Positions 44,327 through 56,585 are shown, counted from the stretch's first letter. The stretch is DNA of 64,000 bases from Clostridium sp. (GCF_051654825.1 NZ_JBOFYU010000035.1:2081-66080), one strand, 5' to 3'. Made by a program: numbers and translations. The notes: generated from the sequence alone by a model not told the origin.

Positions 44327-45775
44327 TTATTTTTTATCTATATCATTTTTATTAAATATGCTTATAAACTCTTTATTATCCTTAGTTTTAGTTAACATAT
44401 TAATTAGCTTTTCAGTAACATTTTCGACATTTCCATCTCTATACATAACTCTTCTTATTGAATATGCTACTTCTTTTTCTTCTTCAGTTAATATTAAATC
44501 TTCTTTTCTTGTTCCTGATTTATAGATATCTATTGCTGGGAATATTCTTCTTTCTTGAAGCCTTCTATCTAAATGAACTTCCATGTTTCCCGTTCCCTTA
44601 AACTCCTCAAATATCATATCATCCATTCTTGATCCTGTATCAACTAATGCTGTAGCTAATATAGTTAAGCTTCCACCTTCTTCGATATTTCTAGCAGCTC
44701 CAAAGAATTTCTTAGGCATAATTAAAGCTCCTGGATCTAATCCTCCTGAAAGTGTTCTTCCTGTTGGAGTTATAGTTAAGTTGTAAGCTCTAGATAATCT
44801 AGTTAAACTATCTAATAATATTACAACATCCTTTCCTTGCTCAACCATTCTCTTAGCTCTTTCAAGAACCATTTGTGATACTTTTGCATGATTTTGTGGC
44901 TCTTCATCAAATGTAGAATAAATTACATCTCCATTAATAGATCTCTTCATATCTGTAACCTCTTCTGGTCTTTCATCTATAAGAAGAACTATTAACTTAA
45001 CCTCTGGATAATTTCTTGATATATTTTGAGCTACCTTTTTTAATAAAGTAGTTTTACCAGCTTTAGGAGGTGCTACTATTATACCTCTTTGTCCCTTACC
45101 TATCGGACATACTATATCCATTAATCTTGATGATAAATCTTTTCCATCATTAGTTTCTAAATGCAATCTTTCTTGAGGATATATTGGCGTTAAAACCTCA
45201 AATGATTTTCTTCCTACTGCTCTCTCCGGATTTTCACCATTTACTCTTTCTACAAAAAGTAATGCTTTAAACTTTTCTCCATCCTTAGCTTCTCTAACTT
45301 TTCCTTCTACTTCATCCCCTGTTCTAAGATTAAATCTTCTTATTTGAGATGGTGAAACATATATATCGTTTTCTCCTGTTTGATAGTTATTACATCTTAA
45401 AAAGCCAAAGTTGTTGTTTTCCATGACTTCTAATACACCTTTAGCAGTATTAGATTCATTTATCATAACTTTTAATCTTTCTCTTTTTTCTTCTTTATTT
45501 TCCATATTATCATTTCTGTTATATGAATTAACAGTGTTTTCATTTCTACTATAAGAATTAACAACTGTAGTAGGTTCAACTTCACTCTTAACCTTAGGAG
45601 CTATTTTTTCCTTAAGTATAACACCATCTTTTTCTATTGCTTTTGGAGCACTTTCTATAATTGAATCTATAAGTTCACCCTTTTTCATTTTACTTATATT
45701 CTTTATACCTAATTCTTTAGCTATATCTTTTAGCTCTGCTAAAGTTTTCTTTTCGTAAATCTCTTTAGTCAACAT
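44327..45775 (-). CDS. rho: Transcription termination factor Rho
   Basis: [36 protein letters not shown]. Confidence 0.98.
   Translation of the reverse strand: MLTKEIYEKKTLAELKDIAKELGIKNISKMKKGELIDSIIESAPKAIEKDGVILKEKIAPKVKSEVEPTTVVNSYSRNENTVNSYNRNDNMENKEEKRERLKVMINESNTAKGVLEVMENNNFGFLRCNNYQTGENDIYVSPSQIRRFNLRTGDEVEGKVREAKDGEKFKALLFVERVNGENPERAVGRKSFEVLTPIYPQERLHLETNDGKDLSSRLMDIVCPIGKGQRGIIVAPPKAGKTTLLKKVAQNISRNYPEVKLIVLLIDERPEEVTDMKRSINGDVIYSTFDEEPQNHAKVSQMVLERAKRMVEQGKDVVILLDSLTRLSRAYNLTITPTGRTLSGGLDPGALIMPKKFFGAARNIEEGGSLTILATALVDTGSRMDDMIFEEFKGTGNMEVHLDRRLQERRIFPAIDIYKSGTRKEDLILTEEEKEVAYSIRRVMYRDGNVENVTEKLINMLTKTKDNKEFISIFNKNDIDKK
45511..45570. repeat. Two imperfect 30-nt tandem units inside rho
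   Basis: CATTTCTGTTATATGAATTAACA vs CATTTCTACTATAAGAATTAACA, 20 of 23 identical. Confidence 0.7.
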
Positions 45776-46160
45776 GGCACCTCCACCTTATATCAAAATA
45801 ATAAAGATAAATTACATTTATCTTCAATCTATTTTCTATCTATATATAATAAAATTTCTTTTTAATTACTAACAATTTTAACAAATAACTTTTGGGATTC
45901 TTATTAAGACTTAATTAAAAAAAGATATGTATGTTACAGACATTCTTATATTCTATTATGTGCTACTAGGAATATTTTTTCAAGTCAAATTTAGCTTATT
46001 AATTATTTAAATTATCCCCAACAATCTACAAATTTACTCACATCTAATTTAAATAAATCTAAAAACTGTTTATAACTTTATATATAAAAAACTCTCTAAT
46101 TAATAAAGGTACTGAAAAATTTAAAATTTTTCAGTACCTTTATAATAACGAAGTCTTTTC

Positions 46161-47774
<1,614 letters not shown>

Positions 47775-47801
47775 CTATGAAAGTTATTTTTTAAAAAAGG
47801 G

Positions 47802-47830
47802 TTGACACACCCCTTATCTATTAGTATAAT
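47802..47830 (+). promoter_or_regulatory. Consensus SigA promoter pointing away from pyrG
   Basis: TTGACA-17 nt-TATAAT on the plus strand. Confidence 0.7.
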
Positions 47831-47836
47831 CATAAT

Positions 47837-47922
47837 TACCCCATAAAATAAACTGGGTAATTTATATCCAAAATCATAAAACATATACTATCACATTCTA
47901 GATTTAAAATCTAGTGTTTTTT
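47837..47922 (+). ncRNA. Candidate small RNA divergent from pyrG
   Basis: Promoter, 5' hairpin, and CTAGATT/AATCTAG stem followed by TGTTTTTT; no ORF. Confidence 0.35.
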
Positions 47923-48071
47923 GTGATGTTTTTTATTTATTTTTCAGTAAACGTTTAATTAAATTTTTAAAAAATCTAAAATATAAAGCAGCTAAAAGAT
48001 TTATTATCTTATTAGCTGCTCTTTTAAAATGTATTAATATATATTTTTATAAAATCTATTGAATATTATCT

Positions 48072-48491
48072 TTATATTTTTATATTTACTGATATTTTAG
48101 TCATTATTGGCGGTTGCCCTGATAATGACATAGAATATTTAGCAATTATATCTCCGCCATCTTCTTTCATATCAATTTCTAAGTAATCAGTATATATTTG
48201 TAAGTCCATCATTCCATACGGAGTATTATATAAAGAAATTGATGTTTCTCCCTTTTCAAACTCCATTTTTGTTGTTGTTGTTCCTTCTCTTTCTAATGAA
48301 AATTTATTATTTTCCTTATTAATAGTTAAAGTAGTCTTCGTTCCAGCCATTCCTGAAATCTCTGTTTCATCATAAATAGCTATAAATTCTTCATCATTAA
48401 CTATAAACTTACCTGGAGTAACAACTTCAATAACATCATTTTTATCTATTTCAGTAAAGCTTTTAACTGAAATTATTGCACTTTTTTCCAT
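48072..48491 (-). CDS. DUF1934 family protein
   Basis: YDETEISGM.GT.TTL, YNTPYG. Confidence 0.8.
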   Translation of the reverse strand: MEKSAIISVKSFTEIDKNDVIEVVTPGKFIVNDEEFIAIYDETEISGMAGTKTTLTINKENNKFSLEREGTTTTKMEFEKGETSISLYNTPYGMMDLQIYTDYLEIDMKEDGGDIIAKYSMSLSGQPPIMTKISVNIKI

Positions 48492-48501
48492 AACTTCTCC
48501 T

Positions 48502-49491
48502 TTATTTTGAAACAATTAAATATTTTTGTAATTCTTCATCTGATATAGGATCTACATTTACAAAGTTATCAAATTTAGTTCCAAAATTCCCATACTTAAC
48601 TTCTACATTCTCTTCATCTCTACCCTTGCTATATCTTACAGCTGTTCTTGCTGCAAAATTAATAGCCTCTTCACTAGCTTCTCCTTGTAAAACAATTAAA
48701 GAACCAGTGTGTTTTGATGTGTGGAATGCTATGTAACTACCATCTATGTACTCTTTTATCTTTTCAACTTCGTCGTTAGTTCTAGCAGCTATTACTATGC
48801 TTTTTTCATTTAATCTAAATCTTCTACCATATCTTAATAACGATATTTCATTTTCCGTTAAATCACCCTTATGGTTTAGCATTTCTCTTAATCTTATAGC
48901 ATAATTAGGCTCTGTTAATTTACATCCTCCAGCTGGTGATGGATATTCTGTAATTCCCCACTTTTCTGCTAATTCCATTTGTGGCTTTCTTGATCTTCCT
49001 GAGATTTTTAATAGTTTACTTCTATCTACTAATCCACTACGCTCCATTTCTGTTTCTTCAAGATTTAATGCACATAAAGGTCTAAGTATTTTATCTGCAA
49101 ATCCTGATTCTTTTTTTACTGTATTTAATGCTTGCTTGTTTTGAGACATTGGTCTTTGGTTTAAAACCTCGCCAGTAATTATAAAATCAGCATTAAATTT
49201 TTCTAACATTTCACCTGCATATTTCATCATCATTGCATGACAATCAATACATGGATTCATATTTTTTCCCCATCCATGCTTTGGATTTTTAACCATATTC
49301 ATATGTTCATGTGAAAAATCAATTACTTCTAAAGGTATATCAATTTGCTTTGTCATCTTTATAGCACTTTCTTCACTAAAAAAATATGATCTAAAACATA
49401 TACCTATAACTTCTATTCCTTGTTCTTTTATTAATTTTGCTGCTAATATGCTATCTAATCCACCTGATACCATCGCTAATGCTCTTGTCAT
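48502..49491 (-). CDS. PP-loop thiouridylase-like protein (ThiI/MnmA-related) with a C-terminal RNA-binding-like domain
   Basis: SGGLDS, NPCIDC, TGEVLNQRPMSQ, PAGGC. Confidence 0.7.
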   Translation of the reverse strand: MTRALAMVSGGLDSILAAKLIKEQGIEVIGICFRSYFFSEESAIKMTKQIDIPLEVIDFSHEHMNMVKNPKHGWGKNMNPCIDCHAMMMKYAGEMLEKFNADFIITGEVLNQRPMSQNKQALNTVKKESGFADKILRPLCALNLEETEMERSGLVDRSKLLKISGRSRKPQMELAEKWGITEYPSPAGGCKLTEPNYAIRLREMLNHKGDLTENEISLLRYGRRFRLNEKSIVIAARTNDEVEKIKEYIDGSYIAFHTSKHTGSLIVLQGEASEEAINFAARTAVRYSKGRDEENVEVKYGNFGTKFDNFVNVDPISDEELQKYLIVSK

Positions 49492-49573
49492 TTTTGTTCC
49501 CCCTAGTTTTTTTATATTTATAGTTTAATTTTGTTATTAAAATTAATCAAGAAATAAATTTTTACTCAAACTA

Positions 49574-50218
49574 TTATTTATTGACTTTTTTGTCTTTTGA
49601 TTTTATTTTTTCCATAATCTTTGATTTAAATTGAATTTTTTTCTCCCCTTTATCATCTCCATTTAAAGCTTGCTCTAAATTTTCCTCAGTTTTATTACTA
49701 TCTACAGCATCCTTTGTTTCATCTACAAAACATAATGGTGGAAACATAACACACCACCAATTTTGTCCACTTGCAGAACCAATTAAAACTCTAAAAGCTT
49801 CATACTCACCTTGTGGAAATATTAAATCTCCATACATCTTGTCTGGAAAATTTTCTCTAGATAAAGTGCTTTCTACTGGATAGTCATATCCATTTTCTTT
49901 CACTACATTTTTTGCAATTTCATTTATTTCTTCTTGATTTTCCAGTATTATTTCTCTTGCATCTTCTAAGCTACTTGATTTACTAATCTTTTCTGATGTA
50001 TATTTTATGATTTCATCTCTCACCTTTAACTTTAAAGCTTGATCCTCTTCACTATCACTATTTGCAATAACATGAAATCTTATTATTTCATCCACTATAT
50101 CTTCATAAATTAACTCATTTTTATTTTCTAAGCCTTGTCCACTCTCACTATTAACACAACCTACTGTTGAACCTATTGTAACTATTATTAATAAAATAAC
50201 CATTAAATACTTTTTCAT
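49574..50218 (-). CDS. spoIIR: Stage II sporulation protein R
   Basis: IRFHVIANSDS..DQ.LKL.VRD, G.NWWCVMFPPLC. Confidence 0.96.
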   Translation of the reverse strand: MKKYLMVILLIIVTIGSTVGCVNSESGQGLENKNELIYEDIVDEIIRFHVIANSDSEEDQALKLKVRDEIIKYTSEKISKSSSLEDAREIILENQEEINEIAKNVVKENGYDYPVESTLSRENFPDKMYGDLIFPQGEYEAFRVLIGSASGQNWWCVMFPPLCFVDETKDAVDSNKTEENLEQALNGDDKGEKKIQFKSKIMEKIKSKDKKVNK

Positions 50219-50240
50219 AATTTAAACCCCCTTATAGCTA

Positions 50241-50269
50241 AAGTATTGCCACAATAAGGAGGTTTAAAC
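50241..50269 (-). promoter_or_regulatory. SigF-type promoter of spoIIR
   Basis: GTTTA-14 nt-GGCAATACTT. Confidence 0.6.
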
Positions 50270-50277
50270 ATATATTT

Positions 50278-51123
50278 TTAAATTGTTCTTGTTAAAAATA
50301 CATCATCATATTTATCTTTCATTTTTTCAAAGCACCTTTGAGCTTTTAACATATCATCAAAGAATGCAAATACTGTAGGGCCACTACCACTCATCATTGC
50401 TCCTAAAGCTCCTAACGTCTTCATTTCTTCTTTAATACCTATGATAAGCTTATGCTTTCTTAATGTAACATTTTCAAGTAAATTTTTCATATTATTTGCT
50501 ACAAAATTTAAATCATCATTTTTCATTGCTTGGATTAATTCTTCATTTTTCGGATGATTTATAGCCTTGCTTAAATCAAATTCTTGATAAACAGCCTTAG
50601 TAGATACTCCAAAAGGTGGTTTAACTAAAACAACTATTTTATCTTTAAATGGCTCTAAAGAAGTAACTACTTCTCCTACACCCTCACACAATGCAGTTCC
50701 ACCCTTTATACAATAAGGTATATCTGCTCCTAATTTTAATCCTAATGTCATTAATTCATCATCTGACGCATTAACATTAAACATATCATTCATAGCTTTT
50801 AAAACAGCTGCTCCATCAGTACTTCCACCTGCTAATCCAGCTGCAACAGGTATATTCTTCTTTATATTTATGTACACCCCCTCTTCTATGTTATAAGTAT
50901 CCTTAAATAACTTTGCAGCTTTATAAGCTAAATTTCTTTCATCTGTAGGAACATATGCCTTATTGCATTTTATATCTATTCCCTTTTTTTGTTTTTCTAT
51001 GTTAATTTCATCATACAAATCTATGTTTTGCATTATCATTCTTAGTAAATGATATCCATCTTCTTTTCTCTTCCCAACTATATCTAAGGATATATTAATT
51101 TTAGCATATGCCTTTATCTTCAT
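50278..51123 (-). CDS. ispE: 4-diphosphocytidyl-2-C-methyl-D-erythritol kinase
   Basis: AKIN.SL, IPVAAGLAGGSTD, MSGSGPTVF. Confidence 0.95.
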   Translation of the reverse strand: MKIKAYAKINISLDIVGKRKEDGYHLLRMIMQNIDLYDEINIEKQKKGIDIKCNKAYVPTDERNLAYKAAKLFKDTYNIEEGVYINIKKNIPVAAGLAGGSTDGAAVLKAMNDMFNVNASDDELMTLGLKLGADIPYCIKGGTALCEGVGEVVTSLEPFKDKIVVLVKPPFGVSTKAVYQEFDLSKAINHPKNEELIQAMKNDDLNFVANNMKNLLENVTLRKHKLIIGIKEEMKTLGALGAMMSGSGPTVFAFFDDMLKAQRCFEKMKDKYDDVFLTRTI

Positions 51124-51218
51124 ATATTCCAATCCTTTCCTACTCTTACTAGGTTTCACCTTATTAAAACAATTATATATATTTTTTTTAATATAGTAAA
51201 CCTATGAAAGGATAACTT

Positions 51219-53843
51219 TTATACTGATAGTTTATTATCTCTATCAAAATCATCTTTTTTATCATTAATATTATTCATAACCCTTATTAGAGGTTCTATC
51301 TCTTCAAAAAATACTATTACAGTATCATCCTTATTTGCTTTTAGTAATATCTCCTCTAACGCTTCTACCTCATCTAATATTACAGTAGCTTTATTTTCAC
51401 CTCTTGCTTTTTTAATTCCTTCCAAAATCAAATTAGCAACTACTCCTTCTTTTCTTCCTCTCTTGTATCTGTCTTCTTTAATAACTACATAATCTAACAA
51501 CTCTGAAGATAACTTTCCTATTTGAATAGCCATATCATCGCTTCTATCTCCCGGAATACCAATAATTCCATATAACGTTCCTTTATTTATCCTATTAACA
51601 GATGATAGTGCAGCTTTATATCCCTCTATGTTATGACCATAATCTAACACTACATTAACACCATTTACATTATAAATATTGAACCTTCCAATATTTTGAG
51701 TTGAATTCAACTCATAACTTTCTAATCCATTCTTTATCATACAGTAATCCACTTCTAAAGCTACTAATGCACCACATGCCGCAAGTATATTTTCTATATT
51801 AAATTCTAAATTTCCATCTAATGTTATAGGGATTTTATTTATATCTATAACATTATAATATTTTCCTCTATTAAATATAGTAATCCAATTTTCATCTGTA
51901 TAAATAGCAATTTCTCCATTTGCTATATTATTTTTTATAAAAGTATTTTCCTTATCCTTACTAAAGTAAATCTTTCTTTTTTCTATTCTATCGATAATTT
52001 TCATACTCCATTTATCATCTGCATTTAAAACAACATATCCACTTTCCTTTACAGCTTCACCTACTAATGATTTAACATGACACAAGTCTTCCATTGTATT
52101 AATTTCATCTATACCTAAGTGATCTTCTGTTATATTAGTGATAACAGCTATATCAGCTAAATCATAAGCTAGGCCTTTTCTTATTAATCCCCCCCTAGCC
52201 GTTTCTAATACAGCAACATCTACGTCTTTATTAAGTAATACAGCCTTAGCGCTCTCTACACCAGTATCATCACCCTTATCTATACATCTTCCATTTATAT
52301 AAATTCCCTCTGTACTTGTCATTCCAATACTATAGCCCATTTTAGATAATATATGACTTATAATTCTTGTTGTAGTTGTCTTACCATTGGTTCCCGTTAT
52401 GGATATTACAGGAATGTTATCCGGTTTTCCATCATATAACATATCAATTATTTCTTTTCCAACAGGTCTTCTTATATTGTCATTTGAATTTTCATGCATT
52501 CTTAATCCTGGAGCTGCATTTACTTCCATAACTATTCCATTATCTTTTATAGGCATTGATATATCACTTGTGCATATATCAATTCCACAAATATTTAATC
52601 CTATTGCTTTAGCTGCCCTTATACATATATCCTTATTTTCTTCAGAAATAATATCTGTTACATCTATTGAATCTCCACCTGTAGAAAGATTTGCATTTTG
52701 CCTTAAATATACTTTTTTATCTTTCTCTAATATAGTTTGTAAGCTTGCACCTTGATTAAATAAATATTTTTCTACTTCACTATCAATTTTTACTTTAGTT
52801 AATGGTTTTTCATGATCAAATCCTCTTAACGGATTTGAATTCAATTTATTTATTAAAGACCTTACTGTATCTATACCATTTCCTATTATAAAAGGCGGTC
52901 TTCTTAAAGATGCAGCTACTACCTTATAATCAACTACACAAACTCTATAATCATTTCCTTGGTGATATTCTTCAAGTATTAAATCGTTAAAATTATTTCT
53001 TAGCTTTTCATATGCTGCTACTAATTCCTTTTCGTCTCTTATATTTACAATTACTCCATTTCCCTTACTACCATATTGAGGCTTTAAAACCAAAGGATAA
53101 CCTATTTTTTCTCCAGCTTTTAATAAATTTATAATATTATAAACTTTTTCTCCTCTAGCAACTGGAATACTTTGTATTTCTAAAAGATTTTTAGTAAGTA
53201 GTTTGTCACAAGAAATATCTACAGCAACGCAACTAGTTCCTTCTACTATAGAAGCCTCTATTATCTTTGCTTTCTTACCATATCCTAATTGATAGAAATT
53301 GCTATCTCCTAACTTCATTATAGGAATATTAAACTCTCCTGCTGCATTACAAATAGCTTTTGTACTAGGTCCTATTTCTTCTTCTCTTAATACATCTATT
53401 ATAAGTTCAATTCTCTCATCATAATTTATAGGTCTTTTTTCTATTAAAGCATTTATTATATCTATAGCTAACCTTGAGCATTCTAGCCCTGTTTTAGCAT
53501 ATTCGTATTGAAAAACTATATAGTATAAGTCATCTTTTATTTCTCTAGCTTTTCCATACACTACTTCTATTCCTAATTTATTTTGTAGTGCTATTATTAT
53601 ATGTTCACATATATGAGCTAAATAAGTTCCCTCGTTTAATCTTTTTACAAATCCACCTTCTTCATCTATTCCACATCTATGAGTATTTAATTCTGGAATC
53701 ATGCTTACTAAGTTAAAATTAAAATCTTCAATATCTTTACTTGGTATTTCACAATATCCTTCTAAATCAACATCGATTCTAATGCATTTTTTATGTGAGT
53801 ATATATTTCGCCCTTCATATACCCTACTTTTTATTGTTTTCAT
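51219..53843 (-). CDS. cphA: Cyanophycin synthetase
   Basis: N domain, ATP-grasp domain (VLKPQYG, ANLSTGG, EVNAAPGLRMH) and Mur-ligase domain (ITGTNGKTTT). Confidence 0.95.
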   Translation of the reverse strand: MKTIKSRVYEGRNIYSHKKCIRIDVDLEGYCEIPSKDIEDFNFNLVSMIPELNTHRCGIDEEGGFVKRLNEGTYLAHICEHIIIALQNKLGIEVVYGKAREIKDDLYYIVFQYEYAKTGLECSRLAIDIINALIEKRPINYDERIELIIDVLREEEIGPSTKAICNAAGEFNIPIMKLGDSNFYQLGYGKKAKIIEASIVEGTSCVAVDISCDKLLTKNLLEIQSIPVARGEKVYNIINLLKAGEKIGYPLVLKPQYGSKGNGVIVNIRDEKELVAAYEKLRNNFNDLILEEYHQGNDYRVCVVDYKVVAASLRRPPFIIGNGIDTVRSLINKLNSNPLRGFDHEKPLTKVKIDSEVEKYLFNQGASLQTILEKDKKVYLRQNANLSTGGDSIDVTDIISEENKDICIRAAKAIGLNICGIDICTSDISMPIKDNGIVMEVNAAPGLRMHENSNDNIRRPVGKEIIDMLYDGKPDNIPVISITGTNGKTTTTRIISHILSKMGYSIGMTSTEGIYINGRCIDKGDDTGVESAKAVLLNKDVDVAVLETARGGLIRKGLAYDLADIAVITNITEDHLGIDEINTMEDLCHVKSLVGEAVKESGYVVLNADDKWSMKIIDRIEKRKIYFSKDKENTFIKNNIANGEIAIYTDENWITIFNRGKYYNVIDINKIPITLDGNLEFNIENILAACGALVALEVDYCMIKNGLESYELNSTQNIGRFNIYNVNGVNVVLDYGHNIEGYKAALSSVNRINKGTLYGIIGIPGDRSDDMAIQIGKLSSELLDYVVIKEDRYKRGRKEGVVANLILEGIKKARGENKATVILDEVEALEEILLKANKDDTVIVFFEEIEPLIRVMNNINDKKDDFDRDNKLSV

Positions 53844-54660
53844 TTTTATTAATTTCCTCCTCAAAAGGTTCCTTAGTCAAAAGATTAAACTTATTTCCTT
53901 CTTTAAGAACATGTAATTTAACATTAAACATACTCAATAATTCATCAGAATATTGTTCTGAAACATTTGTATGAGTTATTCCAGTACCATCTATAAAATA
54001 TACAGCACCAGTTCCTACAACTTCAGCAATCCCTTTATCAGAAACTATAATTGCAGTATCTTCATCTATACCTACACCTAAAGCTTCAGGATTTTGTGCT
54101 ATTCCTGTTAATAATCTTCCTATTCTTCCTCTTTGAGCAAAATGCTGATCTATTATCACATTTTCTACAAGACCTAATCCTGAAGACATTTTTAATGTAC
54201 ATTTTCTTGGAGATTCTTCATCTTTACCTTCAACAATCATAGTGTCACTCATAACAGATGCACCAGCTGATGTACCAACAATAATACATCCATTCCCAGA
54301 TGCTTCTATAAGTGAATCATAGATTGGGGTCCCCCCTAATAAGCTAGTTATACGTAATTGATCTCCTCCAGTGAAAAATATTAAATCAGCATCTTTCACT
54401 AGTTTTATATTGTCCTCATTAAATGAGTCCATCCTATTTACTATATCCAGACCTCTTATATTTTTAGCCCCTAAGCCCTTAAATACTTTTCTATACTTTT
54501 CTAGAGCTTCCTTAGGATATTCTGTTGCAACAGTTGCAACCAAAATACTATCCTTCTCTTTATCGATTGAATTGCATACTCTTTTTAAAATTTCTTTATC
54601 TCCCTCTTTATCTTCTGCTCCACCAATTATTATTAAGTTTCCATTTATTTTTTCACTCAT
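53824..54660 (-). CDS. cphB: Cyanophycinase (peptidase S51)
   Basis: IIGGAEDK, FTGGDQ, GTSAGA, DQHF..RGR.GRL, GIDEDT. Confidence 0.95.
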   Translation of the reverse strand: MSEKINGNLIIIGGAEDKEGDKEILKRVCNSIDKEKDSILVATVATEYPKEALEKYRKVFKGLGAKNIRGLDIVNRMDSFNEDNIKLVKDADLIFFTGGDQLRITSLLGGTPIYDSLIEASGNGCIIVGTSAGASVMSDTMIVEGKDEESPRKCTLKMSSGLGLVENVIIDQHFAQRGRIGRLLTGIAQNPEALGVGIDEDTAIIVSDKGIAEVVGTGAVYFIDGTGITHTNVSEQYSDELLSMFNVKLHVLKEGNKFNLLTKEPFEEEINKNENNKK

Positions 54661-54686
54661 AAATTCACCTCTAATCATGCATTTCT

Positions 54687-54716
54687 TATTTTATCCATGA
54701 TTATTTATTATTATTC
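54687..54716 (-). promoter_or_regulatory. Putative SigF/SigG-type promoter of cphB-cphA
   Basis: GAATA-15 nt-GGATAAAATA. Confidence 0.45.
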
Positions 54717-54800
54717 AATAACATTTAATTTACTATAAATAAAAAGCTATTTAGCATTATAAATGCTAAATAGCTTTCTTAAAATTTAGTTATTAACTTA

Positions 54801-56381
54801 TTAAAATATAGCTCTTCCAGGAATTATTATCTTATTCCCTGCTTCTAATTCAGTTTGGCTTTCCATATCATTTATCTTCATTAATTCTTCAATTGTTGTC
54901 CCATACTTCTTAGCTATATCCCAAAGCTTATCGCCTTCACCTATTGAGTAAATAATTACTGAAGCATTTTTCTCTTTTTTACCTTCTGCTCCTTCAGTTA
55001 TATCTACTACCCATTTCTTATTAACCTTATAACATACTTTAGATGTAACACATATAGTAGCTCTTATAGCTATTGTATTAGCTTCTATAGTTGCCTCAAT
55101 ATTTTCTAAGGTTGCTTTAGCGATGACATCCATTCCCTCTTTTGCATTCTTAATATCTATAGTAGCTCCAAATGGAACTTCTCCATTAATCATTCCATAG
55201 CAATTCTCTTCATCTGATGTTTTATATAATACGTTAACCTTTATTACACCCTCAACTTTTACCTTATCTTGTTCTACAATCTTATCTATTACTATTGGAG
55301 AACCTGATGTGCAAATTATTTGCTCAATCTTTTGGTTTTCATCCTTTAAGTACATATTATCTTTAACCATAACTTCCATTGAATTAGTTCCATGGATTAT
55401 TCCAATTTCATTATTTGATTTAACTAAATCAATAGCCATACTTGGTGAGTATGCATCATCTAGCAATTCAATTTTTTCTTTTGAATATACTTTCGCTTCT
55501 CCATTTATTAAGAACTCTACATTTACAACTCTATTTTCACCTAAATCATCTGCTGAAACGCTACATTCACTATTTTTTATTCCTAAATTCATAGTGCTTA
55601 TCATTTCATTACTTGCACCAACTAATTCCTCTTCCTTAGATAAATATACATCTTCATGTAAACTTACCACTTCCTTTGTTTCTTTTCCTTTATACAATAC
55701 TTCTATCTTACAGTAACAACCAATATATACTTTATCTTGTCCTAATTTAAATTCTTTTTTATGAAGATACATTGAGCATTTTAGAATTTCATCTATTTCA
55801 GGCTTATCCATAGTAACCTTTATCATAGTTTTTCCCATAAGCTCTAAATCTTTTTTACCTTTTATACCATTAACTATTTCCTCTTTTTTAAGAACTTGAA
55901 TGTCTTCTTTTCCTTCAATATCTTTTACATACTCAATATCACCTTTTTTATATAATTCCCACTTTAGTGAAAGTAAACCGTCTATTCCAACTTTTCTTTC
56001 ATTCATCCAGCTTACTTCAATATGTTCTACTTCACATTCTACTTCGCATAACATTTTATGTTCATCATTATCCAACTCAAGATAATTTGCAAACTTTTCA
56101 GTAAATACTACTGAATGTATCTTACTTGATGGAGAATCTGAAGATACTTCTTCTTTTGGTAAATAAAAAACTGTATAGTTTAATTGCCCCTCTACCATTA
56201 CTTTATCTCCAACTATTTCTTTGTTGGTTATATTTGCTTTAGTATCGACACCTAAAACTTCTTTCATATCTGGATGAGAATCTCTTATTAAATACTCACC
56301 TTTTAATACATGATTAGAAGAACTTTCCCTAAGTAATTGTTCATATTGAATATTTTCTTTGATTACATCTATTTGTGACAT
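54801..56381 (-). CDS. SPOCS (DUF3794) repeat plus LysM spore coat morphogenetic protein
   Basis: Three repeated SPOCS-like blocks; C-terminal GDKLWDIAKKYGTT LysM. Confidence 0.85.
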   Translation of the reverse strand: MSQIDVIKENIQYEQLLRESSSNHVLKGEYLIRDSHPDMKEVLGVDTKANITNKEIVGDKVMVEGQLNYTVFYLPKEEVSSDSPSSKIHSVVFTEKFANYLELDNDEHKMLCEVECEVEHIEVSWMNERKVGIDGLLSLKWELYKKGDIEYVKDIEGKEDIQVLKKEEIVNGIKGKKDLELMGKTMIKVTMDKPEIDEILKCSMYLHKKEFKLGQDKVYIGCYCKIEVLYKGKETKEVVSLHEDVYLSKEEELVGASNEMISTMNLGIKNSECSVSADDLGENRVVNVEFLINGEAKVYSKEKIELLDDAYSPSMAIDLVKSNNEIGIIHGTNSMEVMVKDNMYLKDENQKIEQIICTSGSPIVIDKIVEQDKVKVEGVIKVNVLYKTSDEENCYGMINGEVPFGATIDIKNAKEGMDVIAKATLENIEATIEANTIAIRATICVTSKVCYKVNKKWVVDITEGAEGKKEKNASVIIYSIGEGDKLWDIAKKYGTTIEELMKINDMESQTELEAGNKIIIPGRAIF

Positions 56382-56532
56382 ACTATCCCTCCCACAGAAT
56401 ACCTAATATTATTTATATTTGCACTGCTATATATTTATTCATATTTAACCTGAATGTTTCCACATTCTCTTTATCAAAAAAGTAAAACGTTCTTTTTTTT
56501 TCTTCAATATTTGCTTTCGGATTAAGACTTTT

Positions 56533-56539
56533 TGTCGAA
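56533..56539 (+). promoter_or_regulatory. Possible Spo0A box
   Basis: TGTCGAA exact match; a 7-mer is weak evidence alone. Confidence 0.35.
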
Positions 56540-56585
56540 TTAAATTCTTTTTAATTGTTTTTATAATATATTTTAAAACTTAATG

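Noticed and set aside
45866-45886. Rex-like half site upstream of rho
   Set aside because: Only one half matches TTGTTAA
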